Below are positions 44,733 through 59,387 of a stretch of DNA of 64,000 nucleotides, in pieces (position 1 is the first letter of the stretch; each line of letters starts with the position of its first letter). Location: NCBI GenBank assembly GCA_977017645.1, contig OZ360235.1, forward strand, positions 62,372,001 to 62,436,000. The letters are read 5' to 3'. Origin of the DNA: Torpedo marmorata. Lineage: Eukaryota. A model generated the notes under the pieces. That model was not told the origin of the DNA. It did not search any database and was given only the letters and a program-made list of their open reading frames with translations. Both the position numbers and the translations under genes were made by a program.

Positions 44733-47708
44733 TACCAAACCATAACTGTTTCTATCCTGTTCTGCACCATATCCCCACCCCCACCGCCCCCAACCTGTGG
44801 GTACAACTGATGTCATCATGCCCTCACCACACATTACATTAACAAATTATATTTCTTCTTGCATAGCCTCTTGTGTAAACTCGTTCCTCCTATCTCCCTT
44901 GATCCAATTCATTAAAACCACCTCTCAAATCTTCCTGATTCCCTACCTTTTAAAGCTTTCTCTAATAGATGTAATACCCCTAAACATTTCTACCATGACC
45001 AAGCACCTGAAGCTTTTGACCATCCCTGATCATCTTCATAAGTCACAGTATAGCACCTTCTGGAATTGCCGCAGTCCATGTGATGAAGGTACAATCCTTT
45101 CCCATTGCTACTAAGTAGGGTCAGAGCAATCGTATGTGACTTGGAATGGAGCTTAAACTTTCCCATACATGATCTGTCAATGTTCTTCTCAGCTCTAATG
45201 CATGTAAATTTGGAAGATGCTGTCGAATTACGTTTGCTATGTTGTTGCCAAAGTATACTCAGCACTCCAGCTGTGGTGTGCCAGAGGTGGAGGAAAGTGG
45301 AAGGTGTATGGGGTGCTTGTTTGTCTTTCTTTGTCCTGGGATTTTGGAGCTGCACTCATCTGGAAAGGTAGACAGTATCCCCCCAAAAAACAACTTGATA
45401 CAAAATAAGTTAGTGGCTGATCCAGTTAAGTTTCCAGAGCTTAAGTTTCCAGTTAAGGTCAATATCAAACCTCATGATATCAATAGTGGAGGAATTCAAC
45501 AACAGTAATGTTGTTGAGTGTGCAGGAAGGTGATTAGACTTATGCTGGAGATGGTCATTGGCTGGTGTTTGTTTTCCAGCCAGCAGCAGTTAGACAGCCG
45601 TGAAGGGACGCACATATACACTTAACACAATTAACATTTCACTTACTCTATGGTGAACCATTGCTCATTTGAATTAATACAACTGTAATGTCAATGAAAC
45701 ACACAAACACAAATTTTGGTTAAATACATTTAATTAAAGCCCAAATAAAAGACTTTAACAGCAAGTAAATATATATAGTGCCTGCGCAAAAGTTTAAACA
45801 CTCACAATGGTAAAAAAAGTCTGATTTCTAACAAGCTAAATGTCTGAATCAAGGCAAGAAGGAGGAGATTAATTTGCTATTATTTCTTAAATGAAAAGCA
45901 AACCATAACTTAAATTTAATTGAATGTACATAAGTAAATACAAATTATAATGGAGACATCTTATTTTCACTTTGCTTCAAATTAGAAGAGAGGCTACTCT
46001 GCCTTGCTGATGTCAAGTTGACACATTTATACACATCAGCCCAAAGGAGTCAAGTGAAAAATTGTGCAAACAGAACAATTACATTTTCAAATTTGTAATA
46101 AAAGTTAAGAATGCTGTGTAATGAAACCAAAAGAACTTGTTTTTGTTACAGCAGAGATATCTCAAAAATTGTTGTCATTTTGGTTTAATTTAAGATATTC
46201 TTCAGCAGCAAAAATGTCAATTGTGCATTTTTCTGATTGTATTCAGTGCCCAGGGGATATCCTATTCCAAAGTGTACCTCCAAAAACTAGCTTTTTTATC
46301 AACACCATTTCTCTGAGCTCACACGTTGAGAGCACATTTTAGTATTGGGCAAAATGCAGTATTCCACTCCAGCAGTAAACCCTTGTAGCTTTCATGAGAA
46401 AAGATGTGAGCAAGAATCCAAGCACAGACGATCAGTCCTATTTAATTTTTATTTATACTAAAGCAGAGAAAAGATGTATAGGGACTCTGGAGACCTACAG
46501 CTGAACATGAATATGTCACATTTAAGAGTTGTTATCTTTTGAGTTAAAATGTGTGTGAATTTGATTTAATCATTTAGAAATTGATCTGTTGGGAAGAGAT
46601 TAAAAATGCGACCCAAAGATCTGAATACACTAAGATTTGAATGGATAGTCCTTTTTCCTGCCTTCCAATACTAATATAATCAAATGAATAATAACTCGAA
46701 GTTGTTTGATTATCCATCATGTGTAAGACCTAAATATATTAACTAAATCAATAAGATTAGCACACGAGCTAATACAAATCTGTGATCTCTATGTACAGGA
46801 TGCAAGTTATCCTACACCACTCTAGTAACATCGCAAGGGCAACCTGCTGGGCACCATGTGCAGAAGAATCACATACATCTGTGCCTTATGACATGGCTGG
46901 CATGTGAATGAGAGAAATAATGGAAGGTTCATTGATTTGCTTTATGTTAAATATTTTTTATCTCCTTCAAATAGCACAATAATCAATGGAAATAGTCCAA
47001 TCAATTCTTTGTACTAAGTATTTACAATTAATCTCATATTAACATGAAACACAGAAAACATCTTTAATGTGAGAATTTCCAGAACTGCACTTTAGCTGGA
47101 CGTAACCAAAAGTCGTACTACATTCTGATGTTTATTCTGCACACAAAACACTCCTCCTGCAAGTTATTCTAATATGTGAATGTAGTGTCCCTTCAGGTAC
47201 AAGTGTTATAAATTCATCAATGCAATCCTTGTGTTATGATAAAATACCAGTGATCAGATATAGATCAAGTGCCCTTCCGACTGAGCCTGTCCTTCTTGCT
47301 GACTCTCTTCTCTTCTTTACATACCACCACTGCCACAGTGTGAGGCTGCCAAACATGGATTGATAAATGCAAGACATCAATTTAGAGGTTGCGATATGTC
47401 ATTGAAAAATAACAACATAATTGAGTATCCCACTGCTATTTTTACATAAGTAACTGAGCAGAAATAAACAATTTAAGTGCGAACATACATTTTCACAAAA
47501 TTATCTACCTCATGGATGCTAGAACGCTCTCTCTCTCTCTTTATTCTGACTCCATGCAGATGGACTTAGATACTTATTCCTTGGATAAGTTGAAAAATGT
47601 GGTTGGGAATTGCAAGCTTCACATAAGAATCATGAGGAACATAACAGATGACTCAGGAGGCAGCAAATTTGTATTTTCTTTTCACATTATGCTCCATTTC
47701 AAATTGAG

Positions 47709-48150
47709 GAACACAAAAACTGCATATGCTGGAATCTTGAGCAAACAAGGAGCTGCTAGAGGAACTCAGTCGGTCAGCCAGCATCCATGGGTAGAAATGT
47801 ATATGCTTTGGGTTGGAATCATTTATTGAAAAGAATATAAAAAGGGGTGATATAATATATTTGAAGGTGGAAAGAAGCTGGGGAAGGGCCAAGAGTTGAT
47901 AGGGTATTGGACAGAAGGTGGGAGAGGTGGAGAGACAGGTAGAGAGATCACTGGGGAGCGGGGAAGCTACAGAATAAAGTAGGAACAAGAGTAGGTAAAG
48001 ATGGAAACACTGGAAACAGGTAGAGGCGGGGGATAACAAAAAATATTTTAAAAAATGATGTTCACACCGTTAGGTTCAAAGCTGTCCGAGGAGGAATATA
48101 ATGTGTTGTTCCTCAAGTTTATGTTTGGCCTCACCCTTGCCAAGGACAGA
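47709..48150 (-). mobile_element. Older Penelope-like 3' fragment
   Basis: pLTR-type arm (acacaaaaactgcatatgctgg...), purine tract and minus-strand KLEEQHIIF. Confidence 0.7.
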
Positions 48151-50859
48151 CATGTTTAAAATTGATTCCCAAGGTAACATCAGGAAGCTCTAACAATTAG
48201 TACCTCTCAGAGCAGGTCTGAATATATCCTTTGCATTAAAGTCCAAACAATCATCAAATGGACTATTCCAATCAACAATCTTATGAATTGGACATTATAA
48301 AGAATCTGAATATGAAACATTTTTTGACACAATCAACAAGACACAGAATAATGGAGATAATATTTTTTTTTTTTACCAGGGAATACACTTTAAATCAATC
48401 ATTTAGGGATAAGATGACTTTGTTGTCAATTTAGATCATTTAATTGGGTCTAATGAGATGGGATGGCTTTTCCTATTTCTCCATGCATGGAACACATCCC
48501 AGATCAGTTACCAATTGGTTCATTTCCAATACAAGATGATGAATTACTTGTTTATAAAACATTAGCACTAACATTTCAACACAGTATAACAGCAAGAGTT
48601 TTTGCTGGGCTTGATTTCAATCCTGGCAATGACATTCATTTATGCTAAGTAATGGGAAGAACAGAAAAAAGCACAAAGCAAGCGAACTATTCTATGTAAA
48701 AGCAGAATGAATAAGAGGAAGGTTATAAGTCAGCAATAGTTTGCAGCAAAAGAACCAAAGAGAAACCCCTTTTCATCATAAAGGCAAAGGAAGGCAGTAC
48801 AATTTTTGTCAATGTGAATGTCAAAGAAGTTAATCTGTTAAGCATTCAAGATTTTCATGTAATGCACCAAAGACCATTTAACACACACCTTACTTGGTTT
48901 CTACACAGACAATGAACAGGCCAAAAGGAAATAAAATTAAACATGTTAACACATATAGGATTACACTACTCTTTCAACACACATTAAAATTGACTGTTTA
49001 CATTATTTTGACACTAGAAACATTAAACAAGTTTTAAAAAGATAACCAGCAAAACAATTTTGTTCAGTAGGAAATATTGAGCAGTTTTTAAAAAAAAGTT
49101 TATTTTACTAATAAAATGAAGCTGTACTAGTCTTAAATATAATGTTGTTTCTGTACATGGTTTAGTTCTGCACCACATTGTGACGTTGGACAAGTGCATT
49201 TGCTAATAAGTATTCTATTCCATCATCTGTTTAAAGAACAATTCAGCTGCATGCTGTGAGGCCAAAAGAGTCAATTCAATTAATTCCTTTTTGGGACGGT
49301 AGACCATTTGCCTGTAACATTAATTAATCTATCATCATTCAAAGTCGTTTCAGCTTTTGTTTGCTTTTCATTTTATTAAGGCTTTGTAGTTTTGATATAA
49401 GCAAGAAATACACAGAAAGTCTGATTTATAATTTAAGATTGGAGTTTACATGAGGTGTAAAACTTAATTGAATGTTAACTTTGTATCTTGTCACCTAACC
49501 TCATGCTAGTGTAAGTTATTAGGTGGGTGCAATAATTACACTGGACACCCACAATTTTTTCTATGTTAACTTTCTTGCATTGTTCATGACTGGTAGGCTA
49601 AACAAAGTTTCATTTTCTGTGTAAATAACTGGATGGTGCTATTATTTGTTCCCTCAATCCAACAATATTGTGGCAACAGAAGTCAGGAAAGACTGAATGC
49701 AGAGAGAAGATGAATGTATACAAACAGGAGATTTTAAAAAATGAGAACATGCTTTTATACTGTAATGCTTTTCATTATTTTCTCTTATTTCTAACAACAT
49801 TCAACACATGAATAATAAAAAACTATTCAGTCCCAAATGGTCTCTGCCAATGTTCATACTCCAAACAAGATGTTGCCATTCTACCTCTACCTTCTTGTTC
49901 TCTATCATATTTTACTCTTCTCTCCTTCACATACAAACCAGACCTCCCATTTAATGGAGCAAAGATCTCTGCATCAGCCATTTCACAGCCAGTGTTCTAT
50001 ATTCTCAGTACCCTCTGTGAATTACTGTGATTATTTCTCAGCTGAAACACTCAGTAAAGCATTTCCTCACTTCATAGCCAAGTGAAATAAATAGTAATTC
50101 TTAGAAATACTTTATAGAAATTTAGTGTTGAGTTAAAATGCAAAAAGACACTTATTTTGGAGCACGCAGCCCTATTACACCGCTGTTTATTCTTCTGCTG
50201 TACGAGGGGCTGCGGCCCCTCGTACTACACCCATTTTACAATGTGAATTGAGCAAACATTGGCAGATTAGTTGACCATGGAGGCCATTTGACCATTATAC
50301 TCACTTGATTTCCCAAAAGTGCAATTTCCAGCAAGGTTCACTGGAGAACAGTCAGCAGTGGGAACATTGATGTAGGGATATCACTGTTAATTAAGATGCC
50401 TTATTGCCTTCCTGGCTACCTTAATGCCGACTCAGAGTTGAACTTAAGACCTTCCTTCCTGCGTTATTTGGCTAACATTAGATGTTTTCTCTTGGTGCCC
50501 TTAGTGGTAATATGCTAAGCCTCTGTTGGCAGTATTCTTTCAGACAGTAACGTAACTTATGTGGAAGGATTAGGAACAAAAATCTGCCAAGAATAATGGC
50601 CTCTGGTGGACTACATTATAAGCAATAAAATAAATTTGCTACTAAATATTAACAGATCATTTTATGAGAGGAAAGGAACTAATGTGACACGTTCATGACA
50701 ATAAACCTGATTCTGATTATGTGAAAAATGATCAGCAGCTTAAAAACAATTACATGCATCTTGTTGTTTTAAGCTTCCTGCTTCCGAAAGTACCCTAATA
50801 TCAACATGGGTTACACCAGAGGGGAATTTGCTGACATAAATAAGCCATCAATGCTTCAA

Positions 50860-51500
50860 ATCAGTCCTTAGCCTCACTTCTCCCCATGCCTGTAATCTTT
50901 CTCAGCCCTCTAACCATGGTCTCTGAATTCCAATGGCTTATTGCATAGCCATAGGTCCCATTTTTAGCTGACTGGGCTCTATGATCTGGAGGTCTCTCCC
51001 AAAGCTTCTCAGCTTCCTTCAGCTCCTTTAAATGCTCTTTAAAACCTATTTATTATAAGGCTTTAGCTATATTCTAATAGTGTATTTTTCTATGGCTTAG
51101 TGTCAGTATTTGTCAGATTCTGCTGCATGAATGCAGCGCAGATTCAAAAAGGATGCTGAGGTTGTGAACAGTCCGGGTAAATCTGAGAGCCAGCAAAAGG
51201 ATAGAAGTGGTCAGTACTCAGGCAGAGTTTGCATCTGGCCAAACATAACAGTTTTGGGCTTCTTAATTTTTAATTGAAGAAAAACTTTGTTCATCTCGTA
51301 ATTGATTTCAGACAACCAATGCAGAGGCAGTGGAGAGATCAAGAGAGGAGGTGTGATGACGAGCTTTGGGAAGGTGTTGTCAAAGTATATCTGGAGCTTA
51401 ATAATGTGATTTGGAATGATGTTGCCAAGGTGAAATGCCATAGGGGTGAAGGATAGCACATCAAATGTAATTGAAGCCATTGCAAGAGAAACTCTGTGCA
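50860..51500. mobile_element. Old L2 LINE fragments (plus-strand 3' end, then a minus-strand piece)
   Basis: Decayed tcctttaaatgctctttaaaacctattta...tatggcttagtgtca L2-type end. Confidence 0.45.
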
Positions 51501-54500
51501 TGATAAAAACATTTTCAAAGCAGTTTCTCCTGCCTTTGCCCCCTCCCCCCCACCCCACCCTTTTGTTCGGACACCTGCCGACATTCTTCCATACCTTTGC
51601 TACATAAAGGACACTGTTTGACCAGTTGAGTTTCTCCAGCATTTTGTGTTTTTACTTCAACCACGGTGTCTACAGATTTTCGTGATTTACCTCTAACTGA
51701 CCACTCAAACCCACTTTCTCTACTGGTGTCCTGCTGTGAACAAATGACTTGCTTCAAAGCAATTTGTAATGTGAGTACTGTTGTTGACAACTTAAGATTT
51801 GAAAGGCACAATGTCAATCCAAGCTTCTCTATTTTAATTTAAAAACAGTTGTCACATCAAGGGAAGTATAATGTAAAAATATCAAAATAGAAACAAATGT
51901 TAATCAAGAAACAGAATAGAAACAAAGTGAAAAGCTCTGAAGAGCAAATGGTGTGAATACAGATGATTAGAACTATGTTTTATATAATACTAAAGCATCA
52001 AGTGAAAGATTTACTGGTATATAACAAGACTACAAATTCTATTAATTTTAATGGAATCTATTTTGCAGAAAGTGCACCTGGATTTAAAATGTACACTGTG
52101 TCCTATATATACTTTGGACACTATGTATGATGGGAGAGGAAAATCCATAAAACAGAAATAAGTGAGAAAGTTTAGTTTTATGGGGTTTTTTTTATTTTGA
52201 CATCTCCAAAAAATAAAAGAAAGCATAATTTCTCTCTCTGTGTTTTTCACTTATTGGTCAAACAAAATAATGGGTGAGTGTATTCACTAGTTTGCACAAG
52301 TTCAATTTGCCAGAATTGATTGATCTTGTATAAAAACTTAGGATTTTTAAGTGTAAAATATATTGAATGTAAATTGAGTTTTTGCAATCTTTATGTTAAA
52401 AATGTTGCACTGGAAACTGAGGACTTGCTTACTTTCCAGACCAAAATTACAAACTTGCCAAGTTTCTGGCAATTGTATCTCTTTCCAACAATTTATGTAC
52501 AGGCAAATATTTATATTTTAAAATATTATAACATAATTTAGTCTAAATTGATATAAACTAATGAAACTATGCTTGTTAAATGACTTCCACCAAAATGCTT
52601 ATTTTTTGGTGTTAAACTCATTATCAGCTAATAAATGAACAAGCTCTCTTTATTATATGAATAATAAATTTCTAAATGGAAGGAGAAAAGAAAAGTATTA
52701 CACTCTATTATGCATCTGGATTGCACAGAAGGATTTATGTTTGTGATTATACAAAATTATTTAGCAGAAACCTGAACTATAGCTTCACTTTAAAACTTGA
52801 TGCACATTCATATCACCATTTGGTCCTTAACTATAACTCTACCCTAATATTTATATGAGACCCAATATTGAAATCAGTACTATATTTGTTTGAACTGTTC
52901 ACAAAACAAAACACCTAGCTGTTTATTGTCTAGGCAATTATTTTGTTAAAAGAGAGAGTGGATTAAATTTGTTTTAAATTTACAGTTGAATATTTGATTT
53001 ATTATTTGATCGCCTGTAGATGATTCAGAAAGAATATCAAATGCAAGGAAGAGTATTGTCATTTTAATGGTAGACATTTGTTAATGTTCTGTGCATGCAA
53101 TTGCAAACTGCGTAATGTTTGTTCGGGCAGAGCTTTCATGGGTATCTTAACCATTCTTGTGGTCATCAATAAAGAAATTCCACAGCAACATTAAAGAACG
53201 ATCATTTTATATGTCTCATCTTGATTTTATTTTGTCCAAATATGTCAGTGGTAGAGACTACAATCAGTGTCTGAAGAGCAGAGATTTCTGTGCCCTAACC
53301 ACTTGGATCATTATGCATCATTATGGTTCTGTCTTAGCCCATATATGTCGACGAAGATAGGAAACAAAGCTTGAGATTGTGAGGTGGAGTTCACAGTGCC
53401 CTGACTCGTTCAATGAATTCTTTCTTCTCTATGCAATCTCAGATTCCTGCAGTGAATAATTACGGTGATGTATTTATAAAAAAATGCACAAGATGGTTCT
53501 CAAAAATACACCAGTAAAATCAGGCAATTTGCAGACCAGATTTTAGTTGCACAATACTTGCGTGCAGTGTCTGGTCAAGAAAAGCCCCATGTTGTGTAAT
53601 TACCGTTGGTACAGATGCACTCTTGACTGCATAGGAACATGATGACTACTTAAACATGTAATATCTATTTAACTTAATTATTCTATAAAATAAAAGTATG
53701 GGACTGAAGAAACCCTTTGTAAAGATAATGTGCACAAACTGTTGGAAACTAAACTGTAAATGAAAAGCTGTGCGTGGAAGCTCATCTATTAAAATGCAAA
53801 ATTAACAGCTGGATGAATGTATATCCAATTGCGATGAGGACCAATCTAAATTCTGGAATAACCTGGGGATTCCAGCAAACCTAGGAGATTCTTTGACCCC
53901 CACCCCCTCCCATTGACTGTTAAAATGTAAATGTGATGAAGACTTCAGTTCAAATCCTGGTTTGATAACTTTGTACAGTAGCACAGCTGTTATGCAACTG
54001 GACAAGCAACCTAGAGAACTAAACTGATGATCAAGAGATGAGATTAAATCATACAATGGCCACTTGGACTTAAATTCAGCCAATCTTGAAACATGTAGTG
54101 GTTCTAACAAATCTCTGCCAAAAAACATTTCACCTAAGCTCTATGTGCCAATTTTAAATTGATGGCATTCCATGCACCCATACTGACTCCCTGAAGCGAG
54201 CAAGTAATCTTTCACAATGGGCCTGCTACAAAAACAAAACACATAAAACTCCTCTTAACACCTATGAACTTGGCATTACAAATGAATTATTAGGGAATGG
54301 CTTTAAGTAGGACATACATCAATAAACTCAAGTGTTTTTGTAAGTTAGGACTTGAAATATTGTTTTTTGCTGGTAACCGCTGGCAGTTCTATGTGGAACT
54401 GCTGACATTTTAGTGTTAAGTACCAGTAAGTTTCAGGACTCCCACATAAACATGGAAGCCCCAGCCCATTGGCCAAAGCCTCTGGCAACTTCCTGACTGT

Positions 54501-56449
54501 TGCTGCACCACAGGAGTCCACATGGAATCAAGCAGCAGCGCTGTAGCTCACTGAAATTTCCCAGCACTACTCCTGGCACAGGATCCAAGAATTTACTGAT
54601 TTCAATGAAAACTGCAGGGAATAAATGGAGGACAATTATTTGTGGTTTCTTTAATGTTTTTAATTATAGAAAACGGATTTCAAGTGCATTTAGTTGATTT
54701 GGAATGAATTATAACGTAATTTATGTCATTTTTAATAGTATTTTTGCTAATTTTTAAACTCTAGCAGCACTGACCAATGATAAAGACAGGGTTCTTGGTG
54801 TGAAAGGACTCCAGAGGAATTTTGTGGGTTGTGCTCATTTTGGACCACCCATGCCAGCGTTTAGGTTCCTCTCCCTTGACTTGAAGAATATTTGGACAAG
54901 TTCTAGTAATGTTCAGCATTTGTGGCTAATTCAGTTGCATTTCTGGTCAATGGTAACTCCCCCTGGATATTGATGGTGGGGGATTTGAGTTCTGTAATAC
55001 CATAGAATGTAACGAGTAGGTGACTGGGTCTTGCTGAATGCAGGAATGGACTGCCTCATTTTCTGAGGAATTGTGAATGGAATTGAACATTTAGATGAGT
55101 GGTGAGTATAGACAGAGAGCAGAGGTCGCCTGCCTGTGTCAACAAAACCTCAACCATTCAATTAAGCAGCAAGAATTGTATGTGGCCAATAATTCTGGAA
55201 ATCTGTCAAACTGAACCCCTGTACCAGAAGGATGAGGAATATGAAAAATATACTGTTTTGAAATGGTTGCAGTTATATGATAGCTGAAGAAAGGAATATC
55301 AGTTGAAAGATGTAAATAAGGTAATGCATGATTATGGGGGAAGTTTTAAGCTTGACTTTGGCCTGTATTGAATCCTATAATTTGATATTACTGTTTTCAA
55401 ATCATGTGAGTTGAATCAACTCTTATTCCAATAAAGATAAAGTTGGTGTGCAAATGTGTGTTCCAACTAACTACTGAATAGCAATAAAATAAATATAATG
55501 GCTCAAACATCAATTAGAGAAATACGAGTCAATATTCCTTTCAAAGATTGGTGATTGGTTTCTTCAAGCCTTCTCATATCAAGAGTCAAGCAAATACATA
55601 GAACAAGCAGGGAAGGGATCTCAAAGAATAATCTCACAAGATTACTTCTGCTATATAGCCATTTTTAATTGCTGAGATGAGGTGAGACCAACTGTCAGAG
55701 TGAACATAATAATTTAAAACATACTTTGTAAACTTGATGTTCTCTTCTCCATTTGTTATTTTTTCCCTGGAAAGGGAGGACAAAGCTACTTCTAGTCCTA
55801 GAAACTCGATCTCATGACCACAGAAAATTATCAGTGTCATCTATGGCAGTTCATTTGTGTAAAGGGATAATAAATTAATTCAAGTCTCCACATTCTTTCA
55901 CAATATGTCTCCTTTTGTCTATTGGCTTCTTTAAGGTTTAATGTAATGATAATCCAGCAGTTGTATTAAAGGAGTTTCACAAAGTGATTACTTACTGGTT
56001 ATGCTTATTTTAATTGGTGCATTGGTAGAAGCAAGAGATGAGTACAAATTACTAACTAAAGCTGATAATAATAGGCAGAAATAACATAATTACTCAGGGA
56101 ATTCATGGAATAATATCACACCTTAAAAGTGAAAGTAGTAAATCATGCTTTTGATCAACTGGCTTCCTGGAACATTCCCTGAAGCAGTTAACCATAGGAA
56201 TTCAGCTGTGTAGATAGGTCTGAACAGTGACAGAGCCCATGGGAAAACTGGTCCCAGTTAGGGCCACTGTAATGTTAAGGGGGCAGCAATTCATTTGGTG
56301 AAGACTCTGACTGGTAAAGGGAGTTCTTTAGCAAAGTATAGTCTTTGCCCTTATCCAACATGTTGTGCATTGGGATATGAATTGGCTATGTTTAAATTTA
56401 GAATTACAAACCACCCCCTAACAGCGGAACAATCCAAAATTCTAAAGGT

Positions 56450-56753
56450 GCAATACACAAAAGCATGGGAGAAACTCAGCAGGTCACGCAGCATCTATAG
56501 GAAGTAAAGGATAACCAACGTTTCAGGTCTGAGCCCTTCATCAAGGTATGAGAAAAAAAGCAGGCAAGTACCTGAATAAAAAGGTGGGGGTGGAGGAGAA
56601 GAGGGAAGTAGGAGAAGGGAGAGAAGGACAGGCCAACAGGCAAGAGGTCATAAGTGGATATGGGTGGGAGGGCAGAAGAGGTAAAAGCTGAGGTGATGGG
56701 GGAGTGGGCAGCTCTATGAATGGAAAGAGGAGAGGGACGGGGAGAGGGGAAGG

Positions 56754-56789
<36 letters not shown>

Positions 56790-56985
56790 ACAGAAACTGA
56801 AGCAGTCGATGTTAATATCATCTGGATGGAGAGTTCTCAAATGGAATATTTGGTGTTGTTCCTCCAATTTACAGGTAGCCTCAGTTTGACAGTGCATGAT
56901 GCCATGGATGAACATGTCGGTGTGGGAATGGGGTGTGGAATTAAAATGCTTGGCCACAGGGAGGTCCCTGTTATGTTGGTATATC
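56450..56985 (-). mobile_element. Penelope-like 3' end with hammerhead-like motif
   Basis: ORF 56541-57065 contains DLPVAKHFNS..HS...EATCKLEEQHQIFHLRTLHP..INID (GIY-YIG C-terminus). Core at 56511-56549. Confidence 0.85.
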
Positions 56986-57264
56986 TGATCTTCTGCTCTG
57001 GCACTGGACATAATTCTGAGTCCCAGAGTGAAGCTCAGCATGCTGACCTGAGGAGCTGACTGCACTTCACATCTAGTCTATCAATTCGTATCTGGTGGGA
57101 CCCCATTCCTCTGAATGAGATTACTGGAGTCAATGGAAAAAGAAAGAGAAAGTACATGGTTTATTTTTTTCCTTCATTTTACTTAATATTATTGTGTTAA
57201 ATTAATTTATATCAGTTAAAATTGTTTCAACTAAAATTTATTATTTTAAATTTTTAAAAATTAA

Positions 57265-57772
57265 CATCAGGAAAGACTCCCACCCCCTATCCTTACTACA
57301 TTCTACAGGGGATGTATTGAGAGTATTCTGAGCAATTGCATCACCGCTTGGTTTGGTAACTGTACCACCTCGGACCGAAAGACCCTGCAGAGGATAGTGA
57401 GGGCAGCGGAGAAAATTATTGGAGTCTCTCTCCCCACCATGACAGACATCTACAACACACGATGCATGAGGAAGGCTAAAAGCATTGTGAAGGACTTATC
57501 ACACCTCTTTGGTAAACTGTTTTTCCCTTTGCCATCTGGAAGGAGGTACCGAAGCACTCGGGCTCGTACGTCCAGACTGTGCAGCAGTTTGTTTCCCCCA
57601 AGCCATCAGGCTCCTCAATTCCGAGATGTATATGTGTATTAGCATGTTATAGTTTTTCTATTGTATTATGATATTTATGTACATCTGCCCATGGTCCTGG
57701 AGAAACGCTATCTCGTCTTACTGTGTATATGGTAATGAACGACAAATAAAGGTGACTTGACTTGACTTGACT
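57265..57772 (+). mobile_element. Rex1/Babar LINE 3' fragment
   Basis: FYRGCIESILSNCITAWFG...LPSGRRYRS. Ends aaataaaggt(gactt)n. Confidence 0.85.
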
Positions 57773-58033
57773 GTTGAAAGCAAAAGCTGTCAAAAGACCA
57801 TCAGTGTGGTCTTGGAGGCAGGGCCTTTAAACTGTCTGAAACTCAGCTACTCATGGACTGTTCCATCTCGCCGAGAAAGCAAAATACTGAACTCAATTGT
57901 ACCTAATCGGCAATGAAAAGTCACTATAGCTGTAGGAATATATTGAGGAGCAAACGTTAGGAGCTGGACACATCAAACATAGTCCAACTGCAACAAATTG
58001 TATCGCATTCGAGTGCAAATTACACATTGTACC

Positions 58034-58084
58034 AAATGTCATTGAGATTGCATTTGGTAACCAAATGCAATCTCAATGACATTT
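58034..58084. repeat. Perfect palindrome, 25-bp arms, 1-nt centre
   Basis: aaatgtcattgagattgcatttggt-a-accaaatgcaatctcaatgacattt. Confidence 0.95.
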
Positions 58085-59387
58085 TAACAATGGAAAAAAT
58101 GACAGCAGAAAGATGCCACCGTGTATCCTTTACATAAAGGTCAAATGGAGAAGAGTTAATAAAATCTGTCGAGGGGAAAAAAAAGGGGATAGCTTTGAGT
58201 AGAACCCTATGATCCAATTCATAAAAATGAGGCATTCGTGATAGATTGCAACAACGAATAATTATAAAATTGAAATATAAAACACTGCAGATGTTTGCAA
58301 TCTGAAATAAAAGTAGAAAACACTGGAGATACTCAGTGGGTTAGGCAACTGCTGTGAACAAAGAAACCTTTTTGGCAAATGACTTTTCATCAGAACTAAA
58401 AATTGCCTTGGCCAGCAGCACAAATTGAGTGTAGCAATTCATCAGCCCACTTTTGTTTTCTGTTCATTTTTTTTTTGCTGAGAAAGTTAATACATGTACA
58501 ACAGAACAAAATACAGAGAAGAAATTCTGTCAATGATCCAGTTGAGGCATTGAAAACAGATTTAGATGCAGCAGGGATGTTAGCTACTTTGCGATATATT
58601 TACTTAATGCCTTGACAACATTGTTACTTGGGAGTGCAGCAGGTAGTTTGTGTGTGGTGAATGCAAATGTAGGATTGAGGCTGGAGGAATGTTGATTATT
58701 TCTACCAGATATTAAAAAAACAGAGTGCATGAAACCTTTCAATTATTGTTTTTTTTTGTTATTGGAAATATTTTCTTTTGCAAATATTTTCCTTGGGAAA
58801 ATGTGCTTTAATTAAAAAGTTATATGATATGATTGTTGAATAATATACAATTTCCTCTTATTGCTGGATTTGACTGCTTATATTGCAGTAACAGTTCCTG
58901 TTCTTTTCCCTGGATCATAATATTATTACTTTGAAATTTTGCCTCAAGAGAGTTCTTTTTATTGTTCATCTTGGGAAGTGCCTAACATTTCCTCAACACC
59001 TCTTTACCTCAGCATAGCTAACACCACAAACTTAGAATAAGGAGAATCCCAGTCCAAACCAGTATAATGTGGTTATATTTTCCATCAGGAGTCACTGGAT
59101 TGCAAACAGAAGTGGAAATCTTGGGTGATTATTCTTCAGAGCTACAGAAGATGATGGTGTACATAACCTTGAGGCAATCAAATGCAACATGAACAACAAT
59201 TCCAACCTTTTACTATGTATAGCTTAGTACTTTGTTAGATCTAAGGAGTTGAATACATTTTGTTCAATGGCATACTATTTATTTGTTTTCCTGTAATCTA
59301 ATCATTCCTAAAACCTGATTTATCTGCACCACCAGCCAATGATGCATTATTTTAGCTCCTAAATAAGCATTAATAACATTTTTTAGG

